32,000 bases of DNA from Nitrososphaeraceae archaeon (GTDB lineage Archaea > Thermoproteota > Nitrososphaeria > Nitrososphaerales > Nitrososphaeraceae). Shown here in pieces: positions 18,745-28,800 of the stretch. How positions within the stretch are numbered: the stretch's first letter is position 1; the number at the start of each line of letters is the position of its first letter. A program made the position numbers and the translations under genes. Where the stretch lies: contig DASQQB010000139.1 in NCBI GenBank assembly GCA_035643635.1, forward strand, positions 54,865 through 86,864, read 5' to 3'. The notes beneath the pieces were generated by a model that did no database searches, was not told the origin of the DNA, and was given only the letters and a program-made list of their open reading frames with translations.

Positions 18745-19974
18745 TTAAGAATGATGCTCATTGTGCTTTTCTTGTTCTATTGGGATGTTGGAGATGGGAG
18801 AAGCCTTATTTTTTACATCAAAAAATCCCATCCATCCTAGGTCAGCAAATTCAGCTTTATGTGCATGAAACATGTACCTACCAGGATAGTCGAACTTGAA
18901 CTCTAATACACCTCTATCAGCTTCACTCATAGCTACAATATCATTTGTATAATCAGAAGTTTTTGATGTCCCAGATGGGAAATAGTGGAAAAGCGTTCCG
19001 TGAACATGAAATGTGTTTATCAAATCGAATTGAAGCATGTTCAATAGATATATACGATATGGTTTTCCAGACTCTAATGTGATTGGGTTATCCATATAAT
19101 CAAATGCCTTTCCATTGACTGTATATACTTCATTGGTATGATCCTTTTCTTCAGGTATCTTTCCGGATTTGGCCTCTTCTGGCGTTGGTATTTTACCTGA
19201 CCCTTCTCCTTCTTTTTCATAATCAAGATCATAGCCATTCATTAACATTGCCATTTCCTTCATATGCGGCCGAGGTATTTTTGGGTCTATTATCATCATA
19301 CCGTATAACCCATTATTGATATGTTGATCAACAGGCGACATATGACAATGATAAGGATAAACCCCGTAGGGCTGTGCAACAAATTTGTATGTATAACTAT
19401 GACCAGGAAGTATTGATCCACCAGTACCATCTACGCCATCCATCTCTGATGGATGGATAGAATGCATATGCAATGAATGTGGAAGCTCATTATCTGCACT
19501 ATTTATCACTGTGATCTTTACTAGATCTCCTTCAGTCATACGCATCGTTGGTCCTGGAACAGTCTCATTAAATGTCCACGCGTCAAACTTCAATCCATTA
19601 TTAGCGATCGATATAGGTTGATTCTCTTTGATTATCAAGGTGAATTCTCTTGATGTGACACCATTATTGTCATGGTATCTTCCACAATTAAAATATGTCA
19701 AGTATTCAATTGATGTAGCGCGTTTGCTAGTGTCCGGAGTGCAATTCTTTTCTCTATCATATTCTTGTGAGGAAATAGAAACATCTCTGTTAGTATTTTT
19801 AAGAGTAGCAACGGTATTGACTATTTTATTTGTAGACTTTGTACTATCTTGTTTCGCTTGAAAGTTTTCGGTTATTGATGTCTCGGCTCTAGAATACTGC
19901 CCTTGATAAAATATAAGGAAAATATAACCAAAGAGAATAATTCCTAAAACTAACGAAAAGTCAGTCCTTAACAT
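18745..19974 (-). CDS. Multicopper oxidase, two-domain / nitrite reductase-like, membrane-anchored or exported
   Basis: N-terminal hydrophobic segment; copper ligand motifs LHMHSIHP, YPYHCHMSPVDQHINNGLYGMM, FHVHGTLFHY and MFHAHKAEFADLGWMGFF. Confidence 0.88.
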   Translation of the reverse strand: MLRTDFSLVLGIILFGYIFLIFYQGQYSRAETSITENFQAKQDSTKSTNKIVNTVATLKNTNRDVSISSQEYDREKNCTPDTSKRATSIEYLTYFNCGRYHDNNGVTSREFTLIIKENQPISIANNGLKFDAWTFNETVPGPTMRMTEGDLVKITVINSADNELPHSLHMHSIHPSEMDGVDGTGGSILPGHSYTYKFVAQPYGVYPYHCHMSPVDQHINNGLYGMMIIDPKIPRPHMKEMAMLMNGYDLDYEKEGEGSGKIPTPEEAKSGKIPEEKDHTNEVYTVNGKAFDYMDNPITLESGKPYRIYLLNMLQFDLINTFHVHGTLFHYFPSGTSKTSDYTNDIVAMSEADRGVLEFKFDYPGRYMFHAHKAEFADLGWMGFFDVKNKASPISNIPIEQEKHNEHHS

Positions 19975-20353
19975 TCTTAGACTTTACTGCTAGATATTAT
20001 TATTATATAAAAACGCATAGGTATGATCTAATGCTAAATTTTAGAGTGGCAGAATATTGTTACTATACAATCGAGAGAATCGAGGTACGAGAGGTATTAC
20101 TATGGAACATTCTAATCTAGAACTTTCATACCTATTTTTTTACGAAATCGTTTATAGGATTGTGCGGGGGAACATGCGACATGGCAACTACGACTTATTA
20201 CCTACAAATTAGAAGTCGAAGTACATAAAATTAAAAAAAATAGCATATGTGGTATTATAATATAATTTTCTTGTTATTAATATGTGTCTATATGTAGATT
20301 TATCTATATAATTAAAACAATTTATTTTACTATTATTACGTACAAAAATATAA

Positions 20354-20917
20354 ATGCGCAGATATATGATTCACCTAAAAAACAGATCCTATGCTCCGAG
20401 GGATGCCTCAGATCTGCTTAGAAAAGCAAGAAGTTTGATTTCGGATTCTAATATTATCATTCGAGATGCAAGAGTGTCAAATAAATACCTGGAATTTGAT
20501 GCAAGTATTTCTGAAAATGAGAAAATTGAAGATATAATTAGAAAATTAAGACATATAGGAGATCTATCGGAATATGATGAAGTTATTGATAGAAATATCG
20601 AAAAGGAAAAGGCCATTAAATATGCCATAACATTGTTTAATGACGAGAAATATTGGGGGGCACATGAAATCTTGGAATCGGTATGGAAGAAGGCTCATGG
20701 AGGAGAAAAGGATATCTTAAACGGGATTATATTAATTGCAGCTGCTTTTGTACATGATGAAAAGGATGAATCAAGCATTTGCTTATCTATCCTAAAGAGA
20801 GCAATGGACAAATTAAAATACTACAATGGTATGAATTTAGGGATAAACATAGATCAAGTAAAGTTGTACTTGAATGAGATGATAAAAAGTCAGAAGATAG
20901 ATCGTTTTGTTATTTAA
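20354..20917 (+). CDS. DUF309-domain protein
   Basis: LFNDEKYWGAHEILESVWKKAHGGEKDILNGIILIAAAFVH is the DUF309 pattern. Confidence 0.85.
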   Translation: MRRYMIHLKNRSYAPRDASDLLRKARSLISDSNIIIRDARVSNKYLEFDASISENEKIEDIIRKLRHIGDLSEYDEVIDRNIEKEKAIKYAITLFNDEKYWGAHEILESVWKKAHGGEKDILNGIILIAAAFVHDEKDESSICLSILKRAMDKLKYYNGMNLGINIDQVKLYLNEMIKSQKIDRFVI

Positions 20918-20973
20918 GATCAAATATAAATGCAATTATATATATACTACAAATATTAAAGACTCTAGCCAAT

Positions 20974-22122
20974 TTATGAAATGCCTTTTAATAAAGTTTC
21001 AACAGCTACTTGAAACTCTACATTATTCATCGGTGGAATAGATGCTATTCTAAGGTTTTGTCTAACATGTTCCATTTTCTTTTGTCCTATTAGAGGTGCG
21101 ATTACAGAGGGACTTGACCTTATTATCTGTAATAGCTTAGCAACCTGATCGGTTATTCCCCCATAGTCTGGAACGGGTTTATCAAGTAACCGACTCTGGA
21201 ACAATGGAATACTTGTAAATACCCCGATATTCAACTTTGACGCCGCCTCAAGTATGGTTAAATTTTCTTCCGATCCAACAGTCTGATTTTTAAGGAACAT
21301 TGGTTCGCTATAGGCCAAGTTATAAGGAAGCTGAATAAATCGAAATCCATTCTCTTTTCCTCCAACTTCTTCTGCAAGCTTGACTATCTGTTCTAATGAA
21401 AGGTACTCCTTGTTATCTCTTTTTACTCTAAAACATGTCCATGTTGCCATTCCATAATAAGAAATTCTATGAGATGACCGATATTTTTCATAAACTTCAA
21501 AAACTTTATAAAGCATTTGCATAAACTCAGTTCTACTAACGTCTTTGTACCAACTCTCGAATGCGTTGTGAATATAGACTAGATCTAGCGTGTTAAGATG
21601 CATATTGCTAAGTGATTTATCTATACATCTTGCGATGTAATTTGGGTTTAGAACATTGTATCCGGAACTAATATCGTCAGGTTTTATAATTTCTGTTGAG
21701 ACAAACATTTTATACATATATTCCATTGTATCGATAGCCGGATAATCGCCATCGTTAGTAATGTACCCGTTTTTTGTACTAACAAAGAGCTCATCTCTTG
21801 AAATAATGCCTTTATCCATAAGACGAGCAATGGCCCTACCAATACTTTTTTCAGACTTCATTGCACGATAATTGATTGCAGTGTCTATTACATTAATACA
21901 TCCCGATTTTACAGACTCATATACTGCATCTTCAATAGCTTGATCATCTTGTATGTTGAGTTCGCCTAAATATGTGCCCATTCCTATACTCGATAAATAT
22001 AAGCCATCGAAAGAACGAAAATGACTTGCAGGTTTATCATTTTGAGTTGAATATTCCATATATTTTTTTGTTCCAGCTGGTGTTGCGAATCCATCCAGGT
22101 AATCATTGCATTTATTAGTCAA
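20974..22122 (-). CDS. Aldo/keto reductase
   Basis: DTAINYRAMKSEKSIGRAI, STKNGYI and LDLVYIHNAFES give the AKR D-Y-K-H tetrad. Confidence 0.9.
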   Translation of the reverse strand: MTNKCNDYLDGFATPAGTKKYMEYSTQNDKPASHFRSFDGLYLSSIGMGTYLGELNIQDDQAIEDAVYESVKSGCINVIDTAINYRAMKSEKSIGRAIARLMDKGIISRDELFVSTKNGYITNDGDYPAIDTMEYMYKMFVSTEIIKPDDISSGYNVLNPNYIARCIDKSLSNMHLNTLDLVYIHNAFESWYKDVSRTEFMQMLYKVFEVYEKYRSSHRISYYGMATWTCFRVKRDNKEYLSLEQIVKLAEEVGGKENGFRFIQLPYNLAYSEPMFLKNQTVGSEENLTILEAASKLNIGVFTSIPLFQSRLLDKPVPDYGGITDQVAKLLQIIRSSPSVIAPLIGQKKMEHVRQNLRIASIPPMNNVEFQVAVETLLKGIS

Positions 22123-22296
22123 TGCTATCAGTATGTTAATGAGCAGAAATTTATGTTTAAGGTTTAGTAATGATAATCGCCATCGCTATTTTATATTAGT
22201 GCATAGCGGATTAATACATAAATGTAGAATTCCCAATATATTAATGGCTAATAGGCAAAGAATAAATAATTGCAAGGTGAGGACTATTTGTAATTT

Positions 22297-22923
22297 TTGA
22301 TTAATCTTGCGATCCTCATTTCTGGAAGAGGTAGTAATATGGAATCTATTTTGTGTGCATTGAGCTCAGGCGAAATAAAAAATATTAGATCTTCAGTGGT
22401 TATTTCTAATAATCCAGATGCAGCAGGTTTGCTAATTGCATCCCAAGAATTTAGGATTCCGACAGAAGTTGTCCTTGCTCACGGATTAAAGGGTTGGGAT
22501 TATGATCAAAAGATTGCTGATGTTTTAAATCAATATTCTGTGATGCCTGATAATGGTTTAGTTTGTCTTGCTGGATACATGCGCATCGTAAGCGTAGAGT
22601 TTGTCAGACAATATAAAATGCGAATACTTAACATCCATCCGTCTCTACTTCCTTCGTTTCCTGGACTTCATGCGCACAGACAAGCTATAGAATATGGTGT
22701 CAAAATATCAGGGTGTACCATTCATTTTGTGGATGAAAATATTGATACAGGCCCCATAGTATTGCAAAAAGCGGTTCCTGTTTTTGACTCGGATACTGAG
22801 GAAACCCTTTCTGCAAGGATTCTAGAACAAGAACATCGAATGTATCCTGAGGCTATTAGACTTTTTGCTGAAGACAGGATACGAATCAATGGACGTAGAA
22901 TATCAGTTGAAGATCAGTATTGA
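22297..22923 (+). CDS. purN: Phosphoribosylglycinamide formyltransferase
   Basis: LISGRGSNMESIL, LAGYMRIV, ILNIHPSLLPSFPGLHA and GCTIHFVDENIDTGPIV. Confidence 0.97.
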   Translation: MINLAILISGRGSNMESILCALSSGEIKNIRSSVVISNNPDAAGLLIASQEFRIPTEVVLAHGLKGWDYDQKIADVLNQYSVMPDNGLVCLAGYMRIVSVEFVRQYKMRILNIHPSLLPSFPGLHAHRQAIEYGVKISGCTIHFVDENIDTGPIVLQKAVPVFDSDTEETLSARILEQEHRMYPEAIRLFAEDRIRINGRRISVEDQY

Positions 22924-23309
22924 ATTCATGGACAGACTCATATGCTAATCAATATGTAAGAAGGTTCATTAATTCTTTGATACATCTGGTAATAGACAGT
23001 ACTTTTATTTTATACAATTAAATAAAACACATACATATACATCTCGTATAATAACAGTGAAGTAAAATAACGTTTTCAAATATTAAAAATAATGTTCTTA
23101 ATTCATTATCAAATAAACAAGCCTGCAGGATTTGTAATAGGTCGTGAATGCGATAATAGGCTTGGTAAAGAGATTATGTAGATATGACTACTGACTATCA
23201 CAGTACGAGATTAAAATATATTCAAAAAAATCACTATTGTAAAGTATCGACTCTGCCTTTTGCCAATTGAGATACACACTGTATAATGAGAAGATCCTCC
23301 TTGACTCAA

Positions 23310-23705
23310 TTAAGAAAAACTGGTACGTTTGTAATCTAAAGACCCATTTTGTCTTCTTAGAGTCTCCAAACGTCTCTTCAATCTTTTAACAGTACCTGAA
23401 ATATCCAGGGTTATTATCGGTGGATCCATAAAAGCCATAGTTAATAGAATATTATCAAGGCTTTCCAATTTACAGCATAGTATCAAAATATTATTTTCAT
23501 TAGGTAGAAAAGATCGAATTGACTTCAGTGCAGAATTTTGGGACTCTATAGATCCGAAAAGTTCAGAATATCGCTTCAAAACTAGCTTGACGATATAGTT
23601 GTAATCTAAATGTTTATGATCATTATAACACAATATAGCTAAATATCGACGCTTATTTGATCTATTTAGAATATAAAAACACCTTTTTCTGGAACCTAGT
23701 TTCAA
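23310..23705 (-). CDS. rnp2: RNase P protein component 2 (Pop5)
   Basis: KRRYLAIL near the N-terminus and LDISGTVKRLKRRLE near the C-terminus; directly downstream of the p30 gene. Confidence 0.8.
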   Translation of the reverse strand: MKLGSRKRCFYILNRSNKRRYLAILCYNDHKHLDYNYIVKLVLKRYSELFGSIESQNSALKSIRSFLPNENNILILCCKLESLDNILLTMAFMDPPIITLDISGTVKRLKRRLETLRRQNGSLDYKRTSFS

Positions 23706-24249
23706 TCCATTCTTGAAGATCCTGCCAGTACTGTTCAGGTACTATGCCTATGATTTTTAGGATAGCGTCAAATGAGCGACCAGAAACCATCTCAAACAAA
23801 GAATTTGCTCCACTAGAGAGGATAAATTGGCAGTTCGTTGATTTAGAAAACTTATACAGATCTTTTACTTGGCTAACCCACCATCCAATCTCATGACTAT
23901 TGGCCCTACGCACTTCGTCTATGGTAACTTCTAATCCCAGTCCTTTTTTTATACGGCTTTTCAAATTATTTCTTAGCATTCTAAAATTTTTTACTACCAA
24001 AATATCCGTATTTGCAGAGGAGAATTGACCGAGTTTCTCTGAAACAACAAGATAAAGAAATTCAGTTGCTTCAGATGGTTTCGTACTTAAACGATATATT
24101 ATATTTTTTTCAGGAGATTTTTTTTCAAGGGTATTGTCAAAACGATAATCTAATCCTAGCGTGTTAATACCCAGAGAATGTGCCATAGTAGTAATTTCCA
24201 CTAAATTGTCTTTAGCCCTTATACATAAATCTATTCTATTGAAGATAAT
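23662..24249 (-). CDS. rnp3: RNase P protein component 3 (Rpp30/p30); start extended upstream of the track ORF
   Basis: ORF 23662-24201 extended in frame to ATT at 24249, adding IIFNRIDLCIRAKDNL; AGGAGG at 24260-24255 precedes it by 5 nt. Body matches Rnp3 (MAHSLGINTLGLDYRF, FILSSGAN). Confidence 0.78.
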   Translation of the reverse strand: MIFNRIDLCIRAKDNLVEITTMAHSLGINTLGLDYRFDNTLEKKSPEKNIIYRLSTKPSEATEFLYLVVSEKLGQFSSANTDILVVKNFRMLRNNLKSRIKKGLGLEVTIDEVRRANSHEIGWWVSQVKDLYKFSKSTNCQFILSSGANSLFEMVSGRSFDAILKIIGIVPEQYWQDLQEWIETRFQKKVFLYSK

Positions 24250-24713
24250 AAAAACCTCCTATAGTCATGAGACGTTTTACCCGGTCCGAATTTCCTTACT
24301 GGGCTAAACCGAATTCTAATAGCATCATTATCAGTGAGCGATATTTTACTCTTACAAATGTTCTGTTTATCTAACCGGAGGTATACATTATTCTTTTCAT
24401 CCACATGTTCATCAAGCGAGTTTAAAAGCAAAAGTCTGTCAAACTTATTTAATGAATGAATTATTCTAATGGCAAGAGCATTCGCTTCTTTTGTATTATC
24501 TATACTAGCTCTGACGAAATTTATTTCATTGCCCCAATGTCCTTCCAAACAATTATTCGAGAATTTATTATTAGATATTGCCAGTAAGTTCTCAATAGAT
24601 TGTAATATTTTATCTTTATCTTCAGTAGCATGAATAACAACATCAATTCTTGCGGCAGAAAACCCTTCAACGTCATGATAAGTAATATTATTATTTTTTG
24701 ATTGTATATTCAT
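24231..24713 (-). CDS. COG1325-like RNA-binding protein (exosome/RNase P cluster)
   Basis: 160 aa between eS1 and the RNase P genes; EGHWGNEINFVRASI...I...L.....LD...LRLDKQ pattern typical of this family. Confidence 0.7.
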   Translation of the reverse strand: MNIQSKNNNITYHDVEGFSAARIDVVIHATEDKDKILQSIENLLAISNNKFSNNCLEGHWGNEINFVRASIDNTKEANALAIRIIHSLNKFDRLLLLNSLDEHVDEKNNVYLRLDKQNICKSKISLTDNDAIRIRFSPVRKFGPGKTSHDYRRFLLSSIE

Positions 24714-24778
24714 AAGTTGAACTTGTTAATCACGAAAAATCACAATAAGACTAAACTAAGAGGCGGTAATATACGTCG

Positions 24779-25447
24779 CTAAGCAAGTTCTTCTCCTTCT
24801 TGTTGTGTCTGCGGTATGCTTTCAACTGCTTTTACCTCCTGTACGGCTCTTAATTCAGGAGTTGTAATTAATTTCGTTTTCTTAATTCCTATGTGTCTTA
24901 CAGGTGCAATTTTTTTTACCTCTTCTAAAAGACTATCGTTAATCTTACCATTCGTTGCTTCTTGTACGAACACATCCACAGTTAGTCGTGGAATCCTTTC
25001 TTCTAATAGCCTATGAATAATGGTTCGAATATCATGTTTCCTAGAAGAATTGAGTCTTCTCTGACTAAAAGCAACTACACCAACTCTGAAAGTGTAACCA
25101 TCCATTGTTGTGTAATCATGAATATTATTTATCATTGAGCTTCCCCGTCTTATCAGACTCCTCAATAATTCCTTTGTGTATTCATGACCTTTGAATATAG
25201 TAGTACCAATCCCGTCGCTAATATTTTGAATTTGAATAAAGACCTTAATCTGATGCTGCGACGGATCTTGTTTCAAGATATCAAAAAGGGTATTTTCAAT
25301 GACTCGTCCTTTTGATTGAGTTATATCTGTAATGGGTAGGTAGTTTAATGGTTTTCTTTCAAATGCAGTTGGCGGATATACTACTATCCACTGTTTGTCC
25401 CGCCATTTATCTCTGACTCTTCCAGCTCTTTTAGACCCTTTGACCAT
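24779..25447 (-). CDS. rps3ae: Ribosomal protein eS1 (S3Ae)
   Basis: KWRDKQWIVVYPPTAFERKPLNYLPITD, GRVIENTLFDI and TTMDGYTFRVGVVAFSQRR. Confidence 0.95.
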   Translation of the reverse strand: MVKGSKRAGRVRDKWRDKQWIVVYPPTAFERKPLNYLPITDITQSKGRVIENTLFDILKQDPSQHQIKVFIQIQNISDGIGTTIFKGHEYTKELLRSLIRRGSSMINNIHDYTTMDGYTFRVGVVAFSQRRLNSSRKHDIRTIIHRLLEERIPRLTVDVFVQEATNGKINDSLLEEVKKIAPVRHIGIKKTKLITTPELRAVQEVKAVESIPQTQQEGEELA

Positions 25448-25723
25448 AAAAACTCAAACTTTGTATCCAAAATATAAGTTGTACGTCCAATTAATTAACC
25501 TTGGTTCTACATTACTGTATCTATCACGTGGTTATAGTAGGTTAACTGTCCTAATATTCCACTAAACTTCTACAAATGAAGAGAATTAATAAAGAAATTC
25601 AAAGGATTTCTAACACAGCTCGTAGTATGGACCTTTATTATACATCTTGGTATTTACTTACCTATATATATACACACATATAGGATGATAACGTCTTAAT
25701 ATTTTTGTTTTATAATAGAGAGT

Positions 25724-26101
25724 GTGTTCAAGGTCATTGTAAAAATTAATGATATACATTGGGCAGTAGACTACCTTCTAGTTAACGTTGTTGCGAGAAA
25801 TAAATCAAAATCAAGAGTTCTCAATCAGAGCAATACTCCAAGTTCTCCAGTACTTCACAATAAAGAAGTGGAGTTTGAGTTTTCTGATGACGAAATACGG
25901 ATAAATGAACCATTCTATACCTGTGTAACAATACTGGGACACGGAGCAAGATGGTCAGTATGTAAGATAGGTAAGAATTCACATGAAAAGAGGCCAGAAA
26001 CTGTCATCATTCCGTTAAGAGATATTGCTGAGTATTGGCAATATGCTGAAAACAATGATGCAGATCCTATTGAAGATGTCGATGAGGATTGGATTTTCTG
26101 A
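25724..26101 (+). CDS. Hypothetical protein (125 aa) with acidic C-terminus
   Basis: Coherent ORF MFKVIVKINDIHWAVDYLLV... ending NNDADPIEDVDEDWIF; no recognised domain. Confidence 0.5.
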   Translation: MFKVIVKINDIHWAVDYLLVNVVARNKSKSRVLNQSNTPSSPVLHNKEVEFEFSDDEIRINEPFYTCVTILGHGARWSVCKIGKNSHEKRPETVIIPLRDIAEYWQYAENNDADPIEDVDEDWIF

Positions 26102-26624
26102 TTTATTGGAATTGGAGATAATATTCTAATTAGTTTGCAAATAAGAATGCATATCAAGTATCAACTTCGAGCTATAAGATGTTGATATTAAAACTAGCAA
26201 TATCAGCGTCAGTTCTACAATAGACCTAGTTGAATAATTCTCTCTTTTCAGTAGATTGTTCTCATGAGGAATTGATGAGAAGCAAATATTGTGACTTAGC
26301 AGGCTTTTTAATTTACGGTAAACTTTATGTGACCTGTGGAAATGTAGGATCAAGAAAGTAGACGTATGATTTCTGTACGTTGGTATATGATGAACATGTA
26401 CATCCCATGTTAAGTTGTAAAATTACAATATGTCTGGATAACGAGTAGTTTTCCAGTCAGGATTGCAAATTATAGGCTATGTACTTCGTAGTATTCATAA
26501 ACAGACGAGATTCTTAATAGTTTAATTTGGGAACATATACAACAAAGGGCAATTTATTTAGAACTCATTTTCATATAGATGTACAGACTTATTAACCACG
26601 GGAGATGGGTCATTAGATTAGACT

Positions 26625-28499
26625 TTGTTAAAGTATTATGTTGGTTGTGCTGATTGGCGGTATAGTGCATGGAAAGATGAATTCTATCCTAATATGATGG
26701 ATCAGAAAGATTATCTGACATATTATTCCAAAGTTTTTGATTTTGTAGAAATTAATTTGGATAGGAGCAATGGTCATAATAATAAAAATGGAAGCTATTC
26801 TGTTCCAAATAATGAAATAATACAAAAGTGGTCAAATGAAATACCAGATAATTTTCGCTTTACTATCGAGTTACCTGGTTCTATTATTGACCAAATAGAC
26901 AAGCTTGGAGATTATTTGGAAGAATTTGCTCCGTTAGAAGAAAAGATACTTGCTGTGGTGGTTCATCAGAAAAATTCGACCCTAGCCAACGGTAGGGAAT
27001 GGCTTAATGGTCTCTTGGATATATGCATGTATCATGGATATTCAGTAGCTTTGGAATTTGACCATTATTCTTGGTATCAAGATTTAACATACCATATCTT
27101 AAAAAAATACAAAGCCGCATTAATTTGGTCTAGTAAGAGTCGTCACGCTGTAGTTACTGGTGATTTTCTATATCTTAGAATACGTGAAAATGAAAGAAGA
27201 TGGATTAATAAGATCAAGCGTGAGGATGATTATAATAAAAGCAATATACAACAAGAAGGTATTAAATTTGCAATTATTGTAGTAGATAATCCTTCAACAG
27301 TCAATAGAGTTTTACGACTATTGGATTTGCCAGAAAGAAAATATGGTGATAATAAGTGGACAGGCAAGGTTATAATGTGTGTTGATCTGAATGCATTCTT
27401 TCCTTCTTGTGAAGAGCTTCGGGACACATCACTGGTAGGAAATCCACATGCAGTAATTATGACTGATCAAGAGAAAGGCAAGATAACTAAAGGTGCAGTA
27501 GCTTCATGTTCTTATGAAGCAAGAAAATATGGCGTCAGATCGGCTATGTCACTTCTAAAAGCAGAAGAATTATGTCCTAATCTTATCCTAAACCCAGTTG
27601 ACATACCATACTATAGACAGATTTCTGATAAAGTTATGAGAATTTTGGAAGAATATGCAGATGTTTTAGAGCAATCTAGCATAGATGAAGCATATCTAGA
27701 TTGCACTAATAAAATTAGATCTAATCCACTTATTACTATCGAAACATACACCGAACAGATCAAAAAATCAATTAAAGAACAATGTAGACTTTTAACTTCC
27801 ATAGGAGTAGCCAATACGAAATCTGCTGCAAAAATTGCATCTGACTATCAAAAACCTGACGGTCTTACGGTCGTTTATCCGCATAAATTACAAAGCTTTT
27901 TAGAGCCACTTGAGGTGGGAAGGATAGCAGGTGTTGGTGTCAAAACTCAACAGGTCTTGAAAGGGAACCTTGGAATTGAAACTATAGGTCAGCTTTCAAA
28001 ATGCGATGTTCAGAAATTGATAGATAAGTTTGGCAAAAGGAATGGTCTTTGGATGTGGCAAGTAGCAAATGGTCTAGATACGGATGATGCAGTCATTCCC
28101 AGAGAAGACAACATCTCCATAAGTTCTGAGCAAACATTGAACAGGCATACTAGAGATAGAGAGAAGATATTAAAATATGTAAATGAATTAGTAGACGAAG
28201 TCTATGATAGGGTCAGTGGGAAGGGTTATGAATTTAGAACCGTAGGATTGAAATTAGTCAAATCTGATTTTTCAGTTGAAACAAGGGAGACTTCCTATTC
28301 AAATTATCAGAGTGCAAAAGAAAGTATTGCAAGTGTTGTTGAAGGTTTATTAAGTAAATTTTCCTTTTTGTCTTCTGAATCTAACAACTACGGTGATACC
28401 ACATTGACTGTCCGAAAAGTAGGAGTAAAGTTGTCAAACTTAATTAGTATAGAAAAGAAAAAGCCGCCACAACAAAAGACATTAATGGATTATATTTAA
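26625..28499 (+). CDS. DUF72-like domain fused to Y-family DNA polymerase (DinB/Dpo4-type)
   Basis: N-term YYVGCADWRYSAWKDEFYPNMMDQKDYLTYYSKVFDFVEIN (DUF72-like). From about 27372: VDLNAFFPSCEE, SYEARKYGVRSAMS, SSIDEAYLDCT and GVANTKSAAKIASDYQKPDGLTVV (PolY). One uninterrupted frame of 624 codons. Confidence 0.93.
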   Translation: MLKYYVGCADWRYSAWKDEFYPNMMDQKDYLTYYSKVFDFVEINLDRSNGHNNKNGSYSVPNNEIIQKWSNEIPDNFRFTIELPGSIIDQIDKLGDYLEEFAPLEEKILAVVVHQKNSTLANGREWLNGLLDICMYHGYSVALEFDHYSWYQDLTYHILKKYKAALIWSSKSRHAVVTGDFLYLRIRENERRWINKIKREDDYNKSNIQQEGIKFAIIVVDNPSTVNRVLRLLDLPERKYGDNKWTGKVIMCVDLNAFFPSCEELRDTSLVGNPHAVIMTDQEKGKITKGAVASCSYEARKYGVRSAMSLLKAEELCPNLILNPVDIPYYRQISDKVMRILEEYADVLEQSSIDEAYLDCTNKIRSNPLITIETYTEQIKKSIKEQCRLLTSIGVANTKSAAKIASDYQKPDGLTVVYPHKLQSFLEPLEVGRIAGVGVKTQQVLKGNLGIETIGQLSKCDVQKLIDKFGKRNGLWMWQVANGLDTDDAVIPREDNISISSEQTLNRHTRDREKILKYVNELVDEVYDRVSGKGYEFRTVGLKLVKSDFSVETRETSYSNYQSAKESIASVVEGLLSKFSFLSSESNNYGDTTLTVRKVGVKLSNLISIEKKKPPQQKTLMDYI

Positions 28500-28800
28500 T
28501 AAAAATTAAGTCTTCTTCATATCTTGGTTCAATCGATTGAAGTAAACTAATTCCTAATGTATTATTCGCAGTATTAGATGGATTGTAAGGCGCTCTAATG
28601 CACTATTATGATGCACAAATTTAATATTGCAAATATGTTCGGTTGATGTTTTAAATATAATTAATCTGAATCCTCGTAAAGCTATCCTCTCATATCTTCT
28701 CTTGATTTTTCACAATAGTCAAAATATGTAACTTTATTGATATCTATATAGCGGGCCTTTTTCTTTGCTATAATCCTTATTAGTGTTAAACACGTCTTAA

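Noticed and set aside
22106-22300. 64-aa plus ORF before purN
   Set aside because: Lies in the gap between divergent genes, with low-complexity translation and no start context; likely noise.
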